DNA of 57,786 nucleotides, from assembly GCA_036679645.1 (NCBI GenBank), contig JAZDCY010000037.1, positions 1-57,786 of the forward strand, read 5' to 3'. Below are positions 40,140-50,080 of the stretch, piece by piece. The stretch comes from Gemmatimonadota bacterium (GTDB lineage Bacteria > Gemmatimonadota > Gemmatimonadetes > Gemmatimonadales > GWC2-71-9). The notes below the pieces were generated by a model. That model had not been told where the DNA came from, searched no databases, and worked only from the letters and a program-made list of their open reading frames with translations. Within the stretch, counting starts at the first letter, position 1. The number at the start of each line of letters is the position of its first letter. Both the position numbers and the translations under genes were made by a program.

Positions 40140-40718
40140 TCAGTCGATCGGGAGGCCCGGCTCGAGGCCGCGGAAGCCGCAGTTGACGTTCACGAGCGTC
40201 TCGACGGTAAGTACCCGCTGCTGCGTATCGATGGCGAGCACGCGGAATTTCCCGTACCGGGGCAGCGACCCCAGCAAGCCGCACTGGGTGTTGGTCACGC
40301 GCGAGCGGGCCACGAACACATCACCAACTTGGATGGCGACCGCGACGCTGTCGGCGTACCCCTCGAGGGGCGCATCGGTCACGGCGTCGAACGTCGAGTC
40401 GCTGACGAGAATACCGGCGGTGACGCTGACCCCGAGTGTGCGTGCCGGGAGCAGCACGGCCCGTCCGTTTGCGTCGATGTCGAAGGCGAAGTCGAACGGT
40501 TCGGACCTGTCGGTGCGCGCCGTTTGGTTGGTCACGATGTCGAACGCGCTCGGGAGCTGAATGGCCGTCCCGCGCAGGGCGTAGATGGTGGTCGTATCTA
40601 CCGCGTTCTCGAAGAAGGCTCGTCCCAGGTCGAACGGATTGTTACAGGCCGCGAGCGACACCACGCCGCCGGCACCGGTGAGCCAGAAAACCCAATGAGA
40701 CAAGGACATAGCACGCAT
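40140..40718 (-). CDS. Hypothetical lipoprotein
   Basis: Lipobox LAAC; C-terminal NVNCGFRGL. Confidence 0.75.
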   Translation of the reverse strand: MRAMSLSHWVFWLTGAGGVVSLAACNNPFDLGRAFFENAVDTTTIYALRGTAIQLPSAFDIVTNQTARTDRSEPFDFAFDIDANGRAVLLPARTLGVSVTAGILVSDSTFDAVTDAPLEGYADSVAVAIQVGDVFVARSRVTNTQCGLLGSLPRYGKFRVLAIDTQQRVLTVETLVNVNCGFRGLEPGLPID

Positions 40719-40807
40719 CGAAGTGCTGAAGCTTAGCGGTGGCTGAAAAGAGGGTCAACCTCCCCATTTGCCTTGACTTCCGTCGCAGACGGTCATTAGG
40801 TTGGCGC

Positions 40808-41161
40808 ATGCCGACCATCCGCGACGTGGTACGGGCACTCGGCGGGCGGGACGGGGTGGACGCGGTCATCGTCCTGGGCCGCGACGGGCTTCCCATCGAC
40901 TCCCACGCGACAGACGGTATCGACACCGAGAGCGTCGCCGCACTCGTGCCGACGGTGGTCGGCGCGTGCGATCGTCTTGGTAGTGCGTCGGGCCGGGGCG
41001 AGTTCGGCACCAGCGTCGTCGAGTACGATGGCGGCATGATCATGGTGACGGGCCTGACCGACGAGACGCTCCTGACCATTCTCGTAGCGCCCTCGACGAA
41101 CATCGGCGCCCTGCTCTACGAAATCCACCGGCACCGGTCCGCCATCGCGGACCTGCTCTGA
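40808..41161 (+). CDS. Roadblock/LC7 (MglB-like) protein
   Basis: GVDAVIVLGRDGLPI...NIGALLYEI, 117 aa. Confidence 0.88.
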   Translation: MPTIRDVVRALGGRDGVDAVIVLGRDGLPIDSHATDGIDTESVAALVPTVVGACDRLGSASGRGEFGTSVVEYDGGMIMVTGLTDETLLTILVAPSTNIGALLYEIHRHRSAIADLL

Positions 41162-41185
41162 GCCACACGGGGCACGAGTGATTCG

Positions 41186-42220
41186 ATGAGCCGGTGGGCA
41201 GCGGTGTTGGCCGGCGGATCCGGCACGCGGTTCTGGCCGCTCTCGACAACAGCCCGACCCAAGCAGATGCTCCCGCTCGCCGGCGGCGAGTCACTATTGG
41301 GCGATACCGTGGCACGGCTCGACGGGCTCGTGTCACCTTCCCATGTGCTCGTCATCACGTCCAAGGCGTTCGCGGACGAAACGCGGCAACTTCTCTCGCA
41401 ACTGCCCCCAGAGAACGTATTGGCTGAGCCGCGCGCCGCGTCGACCGGTCCCGCGCTCGCCTGGGCGACCGCCGTTGTACGCGAGCGGGATTCCGAGGGC
41501 GTCGTCCTCTCGCTGCACGCCGACTGGTGGGTTGGCGACGCGGAGGCATTTCGGGAGACCGCGAGCCGTGCGTTGGACGTGGCGGCCCACTACGACGCGC
41601 TGGTCACGGTGGGCATCGTGCCGACCCGCCCCGATACAGGATACGGCTACATCGAGCCGACTGGATATCTCGAGGATGACGTCCGCTCCGTCGGTCAGTT
41701 CACGGAAAAACCCAACGCCGTGCGCGCCGCACAGCTCGTCCAGCGTGGCGCGTTGTGGAACAGCGGATTGTTCGCGTGGACCGTGCCGCGCTTCTTCGCG
41801 GAAACCGAGGCGCACGCGACCGAGATCGCGCCGCACGTGGAGCGGCTCGAGCGCGGCGATGTAGACGGTTATTTCAATGCCGTCACGCCCATCGCCATCG
41901 ACCTGTCACACTTCGAGCGCTCGTCGCGCGTCGTAGTCGTTCCCGGTCGGTTCCCTTGGGACGACGTGGGAACGTGGGCGGCGCTTGCGCGCGTGCGCGA
42001 GCAGGATTCTTCACGCAACGTCATTGTCGGTGACTCATACGTACGTGGCACGGCGGACTCCGTCGTGTGGGCCGACGATGGACCGATCGTCGTGGATGGG
42101 GTTAGCGGCCTCGTGATCGTGCGTGCCAACGGACGTGTGCTTGTTACGACCCGGGAACGTGCGGTGCACCTGAAGGATGTGCTCGAGTACCTGCCAGATG
42201 AGATTCGGCGTGTCGAATGA
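41186..42220 (+). CDS. manC: Mannose-1-phosphate guanylyltransferase
   Basis: LAGGSGTRFWPLS...PKQ, GYGYI, FTEKP, WNSG, WDDVGTW. Confidence 0.92.
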   Translation: MSRWAAVLAGGSGTRFWPLSTTARPKQMLPLAGGESLLGDTVARLDGLVSPSHVLVITSKAFADETRQLLSQLPPENVLAEPRAASTGPALAWATAVVRERDSEGVVLSLHADWWVGDAEAFRETASRALDVAAHYDALVTVGIVPTRPDTGYGYIEPTGYLEDDVRSVGQFTEKPNAVRAAQLVQRGALWNSGLFAWTVPRFFAETEAHATEIAPHVERLERGDVDGYFNAVTPIAIDLSHFERSSRVVVVPGRFPWDDVGTWAALARVREQDSSRNVIVGDSYVRGTADSVVWADDGPIVVDGVSGLVIVRANGRVLVTTRERAVHLKDVLEYLPDEIRRVE

Positions 42221-43386
42221 CCGATCTCATTCTCGTTGACCCCGAGCCCTCTAGCGCGTGGTACCCGTTCCAGCACTCGCGGCCGGTGTGCGAACTGCGC
42301 GCCGGCGCATGGCTCATTCGTGAGCGGTGGGAGGCGATCGTGGATGGCGAGACGCGCGCGATCTTCGCAGCCGGGCCGCTCACGGCGTTTCGGGAAGACG
42401 ACGTCCCGTCCGTTCAGGTGACCGAGCCGGTAACGGGTCCCGCGGTCGTCGCGCGCTCCGTCTTTGCGCCGTCCGGTGTCTCTCCCGAATGGGGGAGCGA
42501 GCCGGCTGAACTCGTCAACGACGGGACTGTGGTAGGCTGGACTGTGCCCGAGGGCGCGGTATGGGAACCGGGTGTCACCGGCTGGGCGCAGTTGGAGATC
42601 GATGGCGTGCTGCTGCACGGCGCGTACGATCTGTTGGAGGCGCTCGACCACTTTCTCGAGGCAGACGTCGCCGATTTCGTCACGGAGTCCGGTGACCCCG
42701 TTCCGGACGGAAGTACGATCATTGGCGACCCTCACGAGATCGTCATCCTGAGCGCCACGGTCGAGCCCGGTGTCACGTTCGACGTGCGGCACGGTGCCAT
42801 CGTAATCGAGCAACACGCCTACGTAAGCGGCGGCACCCGACTCGAGGGTCCCATCTACGTAGGGCCGGGGTCGCACATTCTCGGTGGGCAGATTGGACGC
42901 ACCGCCATCGGTCCACGCTGCAAAGTGCGTGGGGAGGTTGCCGGGAGCGTGTTCCTCGGGTTCGCCAACAAGGCACACGACGGGTTTCTGGGCGATTCGG
43001 TGGTGGGGCGGTGGGCCAATCTGGGTGCCGGGACGACGACGTCGAATCTCAAGAACACGTACGGACCGGTGCGCGTAGAGGTGGCGGGCGAGCGCATCGA
43101 GACGGGCCGCCAGTTTCTCGGCACACTCGTGGGCGATCATGCCAAGTCGGCGATTGGGACCATGTTCGCGACGGGCACGGTCGTTGGTGTCGGCGCCAAC
43201 GTGTTTGCGGCGGTGCGTCCGCCCCCGTACGTCGCGCCGTTCGCGTGGGGTCCCGGCGAGGAGTCGATGAGGCTGGATGGATTTCTGCGTATCGCGGAGC
43301 GCGTGATGCCGCGACGTGAAGTCGAGTTCACGCCGGAAGTGAGAGAGATGCTCACGACCATATACAACGCGACCGTATCGACGTGA
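42217..43386 (+). CDS. Putative sugar nucleotidyltransferase/acetyltransferase (alternative GlmU-like)
   Basis: RPVCELRAG N-terminus; hexapeptide repeats; NKAHDGFLGDS...NLGAGTTTSNLKNTYG. Confidence 0.85.
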   Translation: MTDLILVDPEPSSAWYPFQHSRPVCELRAGAWLIRERWEAIVDGETRAIFAAGPLTAFREDDVPSVQVTEPVTGPAVVARSVFAPSGVSPEWGSEPAELVNDGTVVGWTVPEGAVWEPGVTGWAQLEIDGVLLHGAYDLLEALDHFLEADVADFVTESGDPVPDGSTIIGDPHEIVILSATVEPGVTFDVRHGAIVIEQHAYVSGGTRLEGPIYVGPGSHILGGQIGRTAIGPRCKVRGEVAGSVFLGFANKAHDGFLGDSVVGRWANLGAGTTTSNLKNTYGPVRVEVAGERIETGRQFLGTLVGDHAKSAIGTMFATGTVVGVGANVFAAVRPPPYVAPFAWGPGEESMRLDGFLRIAERVMPRREVEFTPEVREMLTTIYNATVST

Positions 43387-44207
43387 GAATCGCGGTGCTC
43401 GGCTCCGGGAGCCGCGGCAATGCCATAGCACTGCGCGTCGACGGCGCCACCCTCCTAATCGATGCGGGGTTCGGACCGCGCACCGTAACGCGACGCGCAC
43501 TCTCCGTTGCGATGCAACTGGAACCGCTCGAGGGAATCGTCGTGACGCACGAACACGGCGATCATGCCCGGTCGGCGCTGCGGCTGGCGGTGCGGTTCGG
43601 GTGTTCCGTATTCGGCTCGCGGGGGACTCTTGCGGCCCTGGCGCAAAACGACGAAGTAACGACCGGCACCCTTACGCCGGGATGCCCACGGCAGATCGGT
43701 CCGTTCACGGTGAACGCCGCGCCGAGCAGCCACGACGCCAACGAACCACTGGCGCTTGCCGTGACTGGGCCAAACGGGCCCAAAGTGGGGATCGCCTACG
43801 ACCTCGGGCGGCCCACGGCGGCTGTGCGCTACCTGCTACGCGGGTGCGCGGCGCTGGTGCTAGAGGCGAATTACGACGACGTACTCCTGCGGACGGGTCC
43901 CTACCCTGCCAGCGTCCGCCAGCGCATTGCTGGTTCGGGCGGGCACCTGTCCAACCGCGCCGCGGCAGAACTCGCGGTCGATTTGCACTCGGACCGGCTC
44001 GAGGCGGTGATCCTCGTCCACCTGAGCGAGCGGTGCAACCGACCTGATTTGGCGCTAGCAGCCGTCACCAGAGCTCTGGCGGCGCGGCGATACACCGGTG
44101 AGGTCCTGGTGGCCGGTCAGAACGAACCGCTGGAGGCCGTGACGGTCGGGGTCGGCGCTGACCCGCAACTGGCGCTCAGCTTGCCGGAACTTCCTCCTCT
44201 TCCGTAA
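43383..44207 (+). CDS. MBL-fold metallo-hydrolase (YycJ/WalJ-like)
   Basis: LGSGSRGN, THEHGDH, SHDA, EANYD, GHLSN, HLSERCN. Confidence 0.9.
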   Translation: MRIAVLGSGSRGNAIALRVDGATLLIDAGFGPRTVTRRALSVAMQLEPLEGIVVTHEHGDHARSALRLAVRFGCSVFGSRGTLAALAQNDEVTTGTLTPGCPRQIGPFTVNAAPSSHDANEPLALAVTGPNGPKVGIAYDLGRPTAAVRYLLRGCAALVLEANYDDVLLRTGPYPASVRQRIAGSGGHLSNRAAAELAVDLHSDRLEAVILVHLSERCNRPDLALAAVTRALAARRYTGEVLVAGQNEPLEAVTVGVGADPQLALSLPELPPLP

Positions 44208-45354
44208 CCACCGCCACTTTCGGTTCCCACTCGCGCATCATGTGGACGAACGAATGGGCGGCCACACCGTCGAACTCTACTCCGGCTCTCTCCTCGATAT
44301 AGGCCATCACCTTGTCTGACGGCCACGCGTCACGGTACGGACGGTTGGTACGGAGGGCGTCGTACACGTCACATACGTGCACGAGTTTGCTGGCGGTATG
44401 GCAGTCGCGTTGATACTTGAGGCTGGGATACCCGCCACCATTGATCATGATGTGGTGCTCGTAGGCCACGACGGCGGCGAGATCCAGGTCCGGTTCGGAC
44501 GTGATGATGATCCGGGCCCCTTCCGAAGGGTGAGCGTTCATGATGGTCCGCTCCTCGGGACTCAGCTTCCCCTTCTTGTTGAGGATCTCCTCCGGGATTT
44601 TCACCTTGCCCAGATCGTGGAGCAGACCGGCAACGCCAAACGTGCGGACATCGCGCGCGCCCATGCCCATCCACTCGGCCAGGCCCATCGCGAGCACCGA
44701 CACGTTGATCGAGTGCGTCGTGGTGTATTGGTCGAATTCCCGGATGCGCAGCAGGGGAATCATCAGATCCTGGTCGCCGTGCATGGCGACGGACAGCCCG
44801 CGCACTACGGCTTCTGCCTCTAGCATGGGTAAGGCGCCGCCGTCGGTCAGCTCCTCGTGCATCCACCGGACCGTATCCGCTTCGATCCCCAATGTCATTT
44901 GCAGGGTCGCGATGCGAGCCTCTTTGTCGGGCTCGAGTTCCTTCTCGTCGGAGCCGTCGAGACCGATAGCCCCGTAGCGGATGCCGCTCGCGCGGGTCTG
45001 GCGTGCCTCGGACGTGTCGATTGCCTGGAGCGTCAAGCGTGCCAACACCAGGTCGAGGAACTCCCCGACCTCGTCTCGTGTGACGGTCGCATCGAACAAC
45101 ACCCGCTGGAACCCGGCCTCGGCGAGCCGACGGTTCCAGTCCCACCCACGCATCTCCCGCAGCGGATTGTTGCCGTAGATCACCTCGTCGCCGAGGAACG
45201 AGAAAGACGGCGTGGAGTCCTCGTCGAGCAGATCGCGCAGTGTCCCGTACACCAGATCGACCGCGCGCTCCCGCGATGGATGCCCGTCGGGATACATGGC
45301 CAATGCCGCTAGTGACTGGGCGAGGCCGTAGAGAAACTCGACTGGGGCGGACAC
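44176..45354 (-). CDS. HD-GYP domain phosphohydrolase
   Basis: HSINV, LLHDLGK, EHH...GGGYP, DVYDAL. Confidence 0.92.
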   Translation of the reverse strand: MSAPVEFLYGLAQSLAALAMYPDGHPSRERAVDLVYGTLRDLLDEDSTPSFSFLGDEVIYGNNPLREMRGWDWNRRLAEAGFQRVLFDATVTRDEVGEFLDLVLARLTLQAIDTSEARQTRASGIRYGAIGLDGSDEKELEPDKEARIATLQMTLGIEADTVRWMHEELTDGGALPMLEAEAVVRGLSVAMHGDQDLMIPLLRIREFDQYTTTHSINVSVLAMGLAEWMGMGARDVRTFGVAGLLHDLGKVKIPEEILNKKGKLSPEERTIMNAHPSEGARIIITSEPDLDLAAVVAYEHHIMINGGGYPSLKYQRDCHTASKLVHVCDVYDALRTNRPYRDAWPSDKVMAYIEERAGVEFDGVAAHSFVHMMREWEPKVAVVTEEEEVPAS

Positions 45355-47459
45355 TAGGTGGTGTGGTCTCCACTCGCATCTGTCCCGAGTGCTGCGCGCA
45401 CGACGTCGGGGTCACGGGACTGCCCGGCGCGTGCCAGGAGGTTGCGGACGCGCGGGTCATCGCCCCACCGCGTCAGCGCGCCCAAGGCTGCGAGGTACTC
45501 GCGGGACTTCGCGGGACCCTTCAGGCCGAGCAGTGAACGGCGCCGCGGCATCGCGAGCGCGATGAGCGTCTCGAGTGCCTGGGGCGATCCAGAGCCAGCG
45601 AGCACGCGAATCGCCGTCACTCGCTGGTCGGTGTTGGCTCCCTGGGACGCGCGCGAGATCAGGAGTGGTACGGCCGCGTCGGGACAGCCCTTCGACGCTC
45701 CCGTGAGTCCCAGCCGTACGTTGTGATCGTCCTTATCCGTGAGGGCGAGACAGATCGCGCGATCACGCGTTTCGGGCTCACGCAGAATGATGCGAAAGGC
45801 TTCGCGACGCACGCGTGAGTCTGGATCGCTCGCGTACCTCATTGGATCGAATCCGGGTGGCAGGTGGCTCAACTCAGACAACATGGAGAGCATGTTGCGG
45901 CGTACGTACCACCGCTTGTCATCGGTACGCGAAGCCAACGCCGGTCCCACCTCGTGGCCCAGACCCAGAATGCGATCGATCAACAGGCGTCGTACATGCG
46001 AGGACTCCGTCGCGATCAACGCGTCGACCATCGGATCGGCCGACTCGATGCCGAGATGCTCGATCTGGGTATCGAGGAGGTAGACGTCGATACGTTCGTC
46101 GCGCACGACCTTGGTGATCTCGTCGATGCTCGCGATGTGGTCCAACAATACCTTGCGCGCCGTCGGGGCGTCGGCCTCGTTGGCCCGGTCCAGCATCCAA
46201 CTGGCGCGATCCTGGGCCAGCAAGGTTTCGATCGATCGCTCGACGGCATCTCCGGTCGTATCGAGTTCGAGGGCCATCTGGAAGATGCGTTCCGCTTCAG
46301 GGAGGTATTGCTGTTCCACGGCGACCGCAAACACGGGTGCGGCCGTCGAGATTTTTTCCAGCACGTCACGGTACTGGTCTGGGTTCGGGTCGTTGAGAGT
46401 CCAGTCCTGGATCAGGCTTGCCACCTGCTCGCGTACCGACGACTCGGCGACACGTGCCCGCCGCCCGGTCGAGTGCTCGGCGTGCTGCGCCAGCTTCTGC
46501 AGCATGCGCAGCATCGAGTTGGATACGGTCTGCTCGCTGGTTTGGCTTGCGGCCTGCACGAGATCGACCACCGCATCGACCGCCATCCCTTCCGAGGCGG
46601 ACAGCAGGAACTGGCGTTGTTGCCCACGGTCGCCACCCATGGTCATCATGTGGCTCAGCGTATCTTTGTCGAGCGTCGAGACGAGGTCCGACACCCGTTT
46701 CTTGAGGTGGGTAGACTCGGGCGATCGTCCGGCTTTCAACTCGTCGGCAATCTGTAGCATGTAGCCCACGATCACCTGATCGTATGCGTTCTCGCGGCTG
46801 TGGCTGTCGATGGCCTGGGCCACGATCGAGGGGTCCGTCTGTTCGGCCTCGTCGTCGTCCAACACGTCCACGGAGGCCGAATCGGCCGCGATTGCGGCGC
46901 GCGCCAGGCCAATCCAGAGCTGTGCCGCTCGGGTGCGCGCGGAACGGGTTGCATCGTCCTTGTCGGCAAACTCTTCGTCTACGAGTCGCAACCGTTCGTA
47001 TGTCACCGGGAACATTCGAATGTGCTCCCAGATTGGTTTGTTAATACTCGGGTCAAGTCCGATCGGCTTGCCCGACCGGTCCGGATCGACGGCAATCATC
47101 TCGAGCAGCTCGTGCACTTCCATGTGCGCGGTCTCACGCCGGAAGGTGATGGCCCCTATGTGATGGCGGTGGAGCCTGCTCGCGAGGTCCTTGAGCACGG
47201 CGTTCTTGGGATCGGTCGCGATTCCCTCGATGACGAGCTGGTTGCGGGCGACGCCGAGCGACAGGGTCCCAATGGTGGCCATGAGGTCGGTGAGATGATT
47301 CATCAGGTGGTCGACCGTGGGACCGAGCGACGGGTGGCTCGCCGGGTACATGCCATAACGGTGAAGCGCGATCGAGAACTGGATCAGGAAATCGGACAGC
47401 TCGCGCGACAGCGCGCCCTGTTCGTCGACGGCGGCAGTGACTTTGGGTTCGTCGCTCAC
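45354..47459 (-). CDS. HEAT-repeat protein paired with HD-GYP
   Basis: N-terminal MYPASHP domain similar to the HD-GYP N-terminus (MYPDGHP); DKRWYVRRN and DPDSRVRREA repeats. Confidence 0.85.
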   Translation of the reverse strand: MSDEPKVTAAVDEQGALSRELSDFLIQFSIALHRYGMYPASHPSLGPTVDHLMNHLTDLMATIGTLSLGVARNQLVIEGIATDPKNAVLKDLASRLHRHHIGAITFRRETAHMEVHELLEMIAVDPDRSGKPIGLDPSINKPIWEHIRMFPVTYERLRLVDEEFADKDDATRSARTRAAQLWIGLARAAIAADSASVDVLDDDEAEQTDPSIVAQAIDSHSRENAYDQVIVGYMLQIADELKAGRSPESTHLKKRVSDLVSTLDKDTLSHMMTMGGDRGQQRQFLLSASEGMAVDAVVDLVQAASQTSEQTVSNSMLRMLQKLAQHAEHSTGRRARVAESSVREQVASLIQDWTLNDPNPDQYRDVLEKISTAAPVFAVAVEQQYLPEAERIFQMALELDTTGDAVERSIETLLAQDRASWMLDRANEADAPTARKVLLDHIASIDEITKVVRDERIDVYLLDTQIEHLGIESADPMVDALIATESSHVRRLLIDRILGLGHEVGPALASRTDDKRWYVRRNMLSMLSELSHLPPGFDPMRYASDPDSRVRREAFRIILREPETRDRAICLALTDKDDHNVRLGLTGASKGCPDAAVPLLISRASQGANTDQRVTAIRVLAGSGSPQALETLIALAMPRRRSLLGLKGPAKSREYLAALGALTRWGDDPRVRNLLARAGQSRDPDVVRAALGTDASGDHTT

Positions 47460-47490
47460 CGAGGCCGTGCGTGCCGTGGCAAGAGCGGGT

Positions 47491-47883
47491 TCATTGGTCG
47501 AAGACGTCGGCGCGACGGCTCATGGGCGGTGCCGGCGGTACGGGCACACCGGAGGGCCGCGGCGTCGCAGGACCGACCCGTTCGAGTTCGATGGGATCGA
47601 CCAGGTCGCCGCCCGACAACGTGAGCGCGTTGCGGTCGAGTCGGTAGTTGTACACCATCCACTCATCGCCGAACGCGAGGAATATCGAGTCCGCGATGAG
47701 CCGCCAGCGCACGGTCTCGTCGCCCCAGCTGGCGGATGAGTCCGCGCGCACGACGATCTCGTGCGGTCCGTCGGGGGTCTCGGTGCGCCACGTCCCCTCG
47801 AGCACCGGGAGCGACGCTTGCGCCAACGCGGTTCCCGGGACGCTCAGCAGCGCGGCGACCCCAAGGACCGTAGAGAGTGTCAT
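47491..47883 (-). CDS. Hypothetical secreted protein
   Basis: Signal peptide ending ALA-Q; LEGTW lipocalin-like start. Confidence 0.75.
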   Translation of the reverse strand: MTLSTVLGVAALLSVPGTALAQASLPVLEGTWRTETPDGPHEIVVRADSSASWGDETVRWRLIADSIFLAFGDEWMVYNYRLDRNALTLSGGDLVDPIELERVGPATPRPSGVPVPPAPPMSRRADVFDQ

Positions 47884-48007
47884 AGCAACAATTTAGCGGT
47901 TTCACGAGTTTCGCGCCAACGGGCCGCAGCTTCCCTTTGGCGCGCGTAGACAGGAGAATACGACGCGCCTGGCGCGGAGTCCCTTGAACCCCTGATGTGG
48001 AGGCAAC

Positions 48008-49030
48008 ATGCGGCGGATAACATTCTTGCTCCCGCTGGTGATCGGTATTGCGGGTGCAACGCTCAACGCGCGGGCCGAGGCCCAGGTACGCCCCCGCCCC
48101 CGCCCCATCCGACCCGCGCACACGTTCTCGATCGTCGCCGTCGATACCGTGACCGGCGAGATCGGCGCGGCGGTGCAGTCCCATTGGTTCAGCGTCGGGA
48201 GCATTGTCACGTGGGCGGAGCCGGGTGTGGGTGCGGTGGCGACCCAGTCGTTCGTCGACCCCAGCTACGGTCCGCGCGGGTTGTATCTCATGCGGACCGG
48301 AACACCCGCCCCGGAGGCGTTGTCGGCGCTACTGCGCGCGGATCCCGATTCGCAGGTGCGTCAGGTGGCAATGATCGATGCGGCGGGCCGCGTGGCGGCG
48401 CACACCGGATCGCGCGACATCCCCGCCGCCGGGCAGCACGTGGGCAATGGGTACTCCGTGCAGGCGAACCTCATGCGCAATGACCGCATCTGGCCGGCCA
48501 TGGCGCACGCGTTCGAGACGACCGAGGGCGACCTCGCCGCGCGCATGCTCGCGGCACTCGAGGCCGGGCAGGAAGCGGGGGGTGACATTCGCGGGCAGCA
48601 GTCGGCGGCGCTAGTAGTCGTGAGTGGCGATCCCGACGCCCAGCCCTGGGAACGCGTATTCGATTTACGAGTTGAAGATCATCCCACCCCCATTGCCGAA
48701 CTGCGGCGATTGGTGCACGTGGCTCGCGCCTACGCGGCGGCGACCGAGGGTGACAACTGGATGACCGTGGGCGAGGTGGATTCGGCGCTCGTGGCCTACC
48801 GGCGGGCGTCGGAGATCCTGCCGGACGAGGCGACGAACGGTGAGTTGATCTACTGGGTAGCCGTGACGCTTGCGGATTTGGGGCGCATCGATGAGGCGAT
48901 CCCCTTGTTCCGCCGGTCGTTTGCGCAGGACGAAAGTTGGATCGAGCTGTTACGCCGGCTGCCCGATGCGGGGTTACTCGGGGCCGACGAGGCTACGATT
49001 GAGCGGATTGTGCGGGAGGCGAGGAGATAG
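48008..49030 (+). CDS. DUF1028 (Ntn-hydrolase-like) protein with C-terminal TPR
   Basis: TFSIVAVD...GAVATQS...QANLM...AGGDIRGQQSAAL...DLRVEDH. Confidence 0.92.
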   Translation: MRRITFLLPLVIGIAGATLNARAEAQVRPRPRPIRPAHTFSIVAVDTVTGEIGAAVQSHWFSVGSIVTWAEPGVGAVATQSFVDPSYGPRGLYLMRTGTPAPEALSALLRADPDSQVRQVAMIDAAGRVAAHTGSRDIPAAGQHVGNGYSVQANLMRNDRIWPAMAHAFETTEGDLAARMLAALEAGQEAGGDIRGQQSAALVVVSGDPDAQPWERVFDLRVEDHPTPIAELRRLVHVARAYAAATEGDNWMTVGEVDSALVAYRRASEILPDEATNGELIYWVAVTLADLGRIDEAIPLFRRSFAQDESWIELLRRLPDAGLLGADEATIERIVREARR

Positions 49031-49067
49031 GTGCTCGGGTGCTCAGGGGCGCAGGTGCTCAGGGGGT
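49028..49067. repeat. Degenerate tandem octamer repeat (CAGGTGCT-like)
   Basis: taggtgct cgggtgct caggggcg caggtgct cagggggt. Confidence 0.6.
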
Positions 49068-49497
49068 GCGACAGTGATTGTGCGGTCGGTGGAGGCTTGG
49101 CGGCCGTGTGATAGATTCGTCACCGTGAGCGAGACGCGGTACTAGCCCGACGCATCTGGGACCTCAGGCAGCAAACGTTCCGGCAGAGTAGGAGCATGAC
49201 CGAGCCCCACGTCCCAAGTTAGCTCTGTGTCTTACGTTCGCCGCACGCCGGGCACCGCGCGAATGCCCTGGCCGGAACGGGTTGCCCGGCCGCGTCAGCA
49301 ATGCGGAAACGAACCCGATGGCGCGCGGCGGTTGATTCTGGCAGGCTCGTTTCGGATCGTCGGACTGTTGCGGTTCGCCCCACCCGGGCGCACAACTCCG
49401 AGACGCGAGCGAGCCACCGGCGATCATGGTGGTCAGCATCAGGCGTGACTAGGCGCCGCACGTACCGCCGTCGTCGTGACCGCCAGGGGGTTCGCGG

Positions 49498-50079
49498 TCA
49501 ACGAGCCGACTCAAGCAGGCACCCGTTGCAGGTTCGCACGTAGGCTGTAACGCAGCCACACTCCTCGAAATGATTCGCATCGCCTACTGCGGGACAGAGG
49601 CGAGCGCACCTCCGGTGAAACCACTCTGGGAGCCTGGGGGTCGTCGCCGCAGAGTCCAAATGAAGCAGAACTTCTATGACGTTCCCGTCGCGTTTGACGA
49701 GGATGCGGGCTCTTCCCTGACGGTCAATCTTTCTTTGGAGAAGTTGCCAGAAAGCTGTCGTCGTTGCGGTTCGGGATCTTTCGAGTCCAAGGATCGAGTC
49801 GCCTGGAGCTAGCCCCGCCCACCATCCCGGACCCCCGCTATCGACCGCCGCGACAACTAGCGTACCCATGCTGCCGGACTGATCGTCGTGGAGCTCAATC
49901 CCCGTGCGAACCGCGGCGTCACCGACATCGATCTCTGACTGGCATTGGATCAGGCCTATGGTCGCAACGAGCGTCGCGCCGATGGCAACGTGGGTTCTTA
50001 CCCATTGCGCGGGACGACGCTTCGTGAAGCGAGGGGTGCGGGAGCAGACGACGGATCCGCGAACTCGGCGATTCGGCAT
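49498..50079 (-). CDS. Membrane-anchored PDZ-domain protein with a Cys-rich C-terminal tail
   Basis: TM/signal segment; PDZ pattern GIEL...VVAAVDSGGPGWWAGLAPGDSIL...VKRDG; tail CARLC...ECGC...TCNGCLL. ATG is 1 nt after the upstream stop. Confidence 0.75.
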   Translation of the reverse strand: MPNRRVRGSVVCSRTPRFTKRRPAQWVRTHVAIGATLVATIGLIQCQSEIDVGDAAVRTGIELHDDQSGSMGTLVVAAVDSGGPGWWAGLAPGDSILGLERSRTATTTAFWQLLQRKIDRQGRARILVKRDGNVIEVLLHLDSAATTPRLPEWFHRRCARLCPAVGDANHFEECGCVTAYVRTCNGCLLESAR

Positions 50080-50080
50080 G

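Noticed and set aside
41869..43500. Long antisense or alternate-frame ORFs (also 7047-8066, 8463-9722, 14203-15513, 22970-24331, 28027-29454, 28611-29993)
   Set aside because: Shadow ORFs of well-supported genes in high-GC DNA, with no motifs.
49140..49497. Additional gene(s) at the end of the peptide operon
   Set aside because: Short ORFs lack an RBS, motifs and convincing composition.
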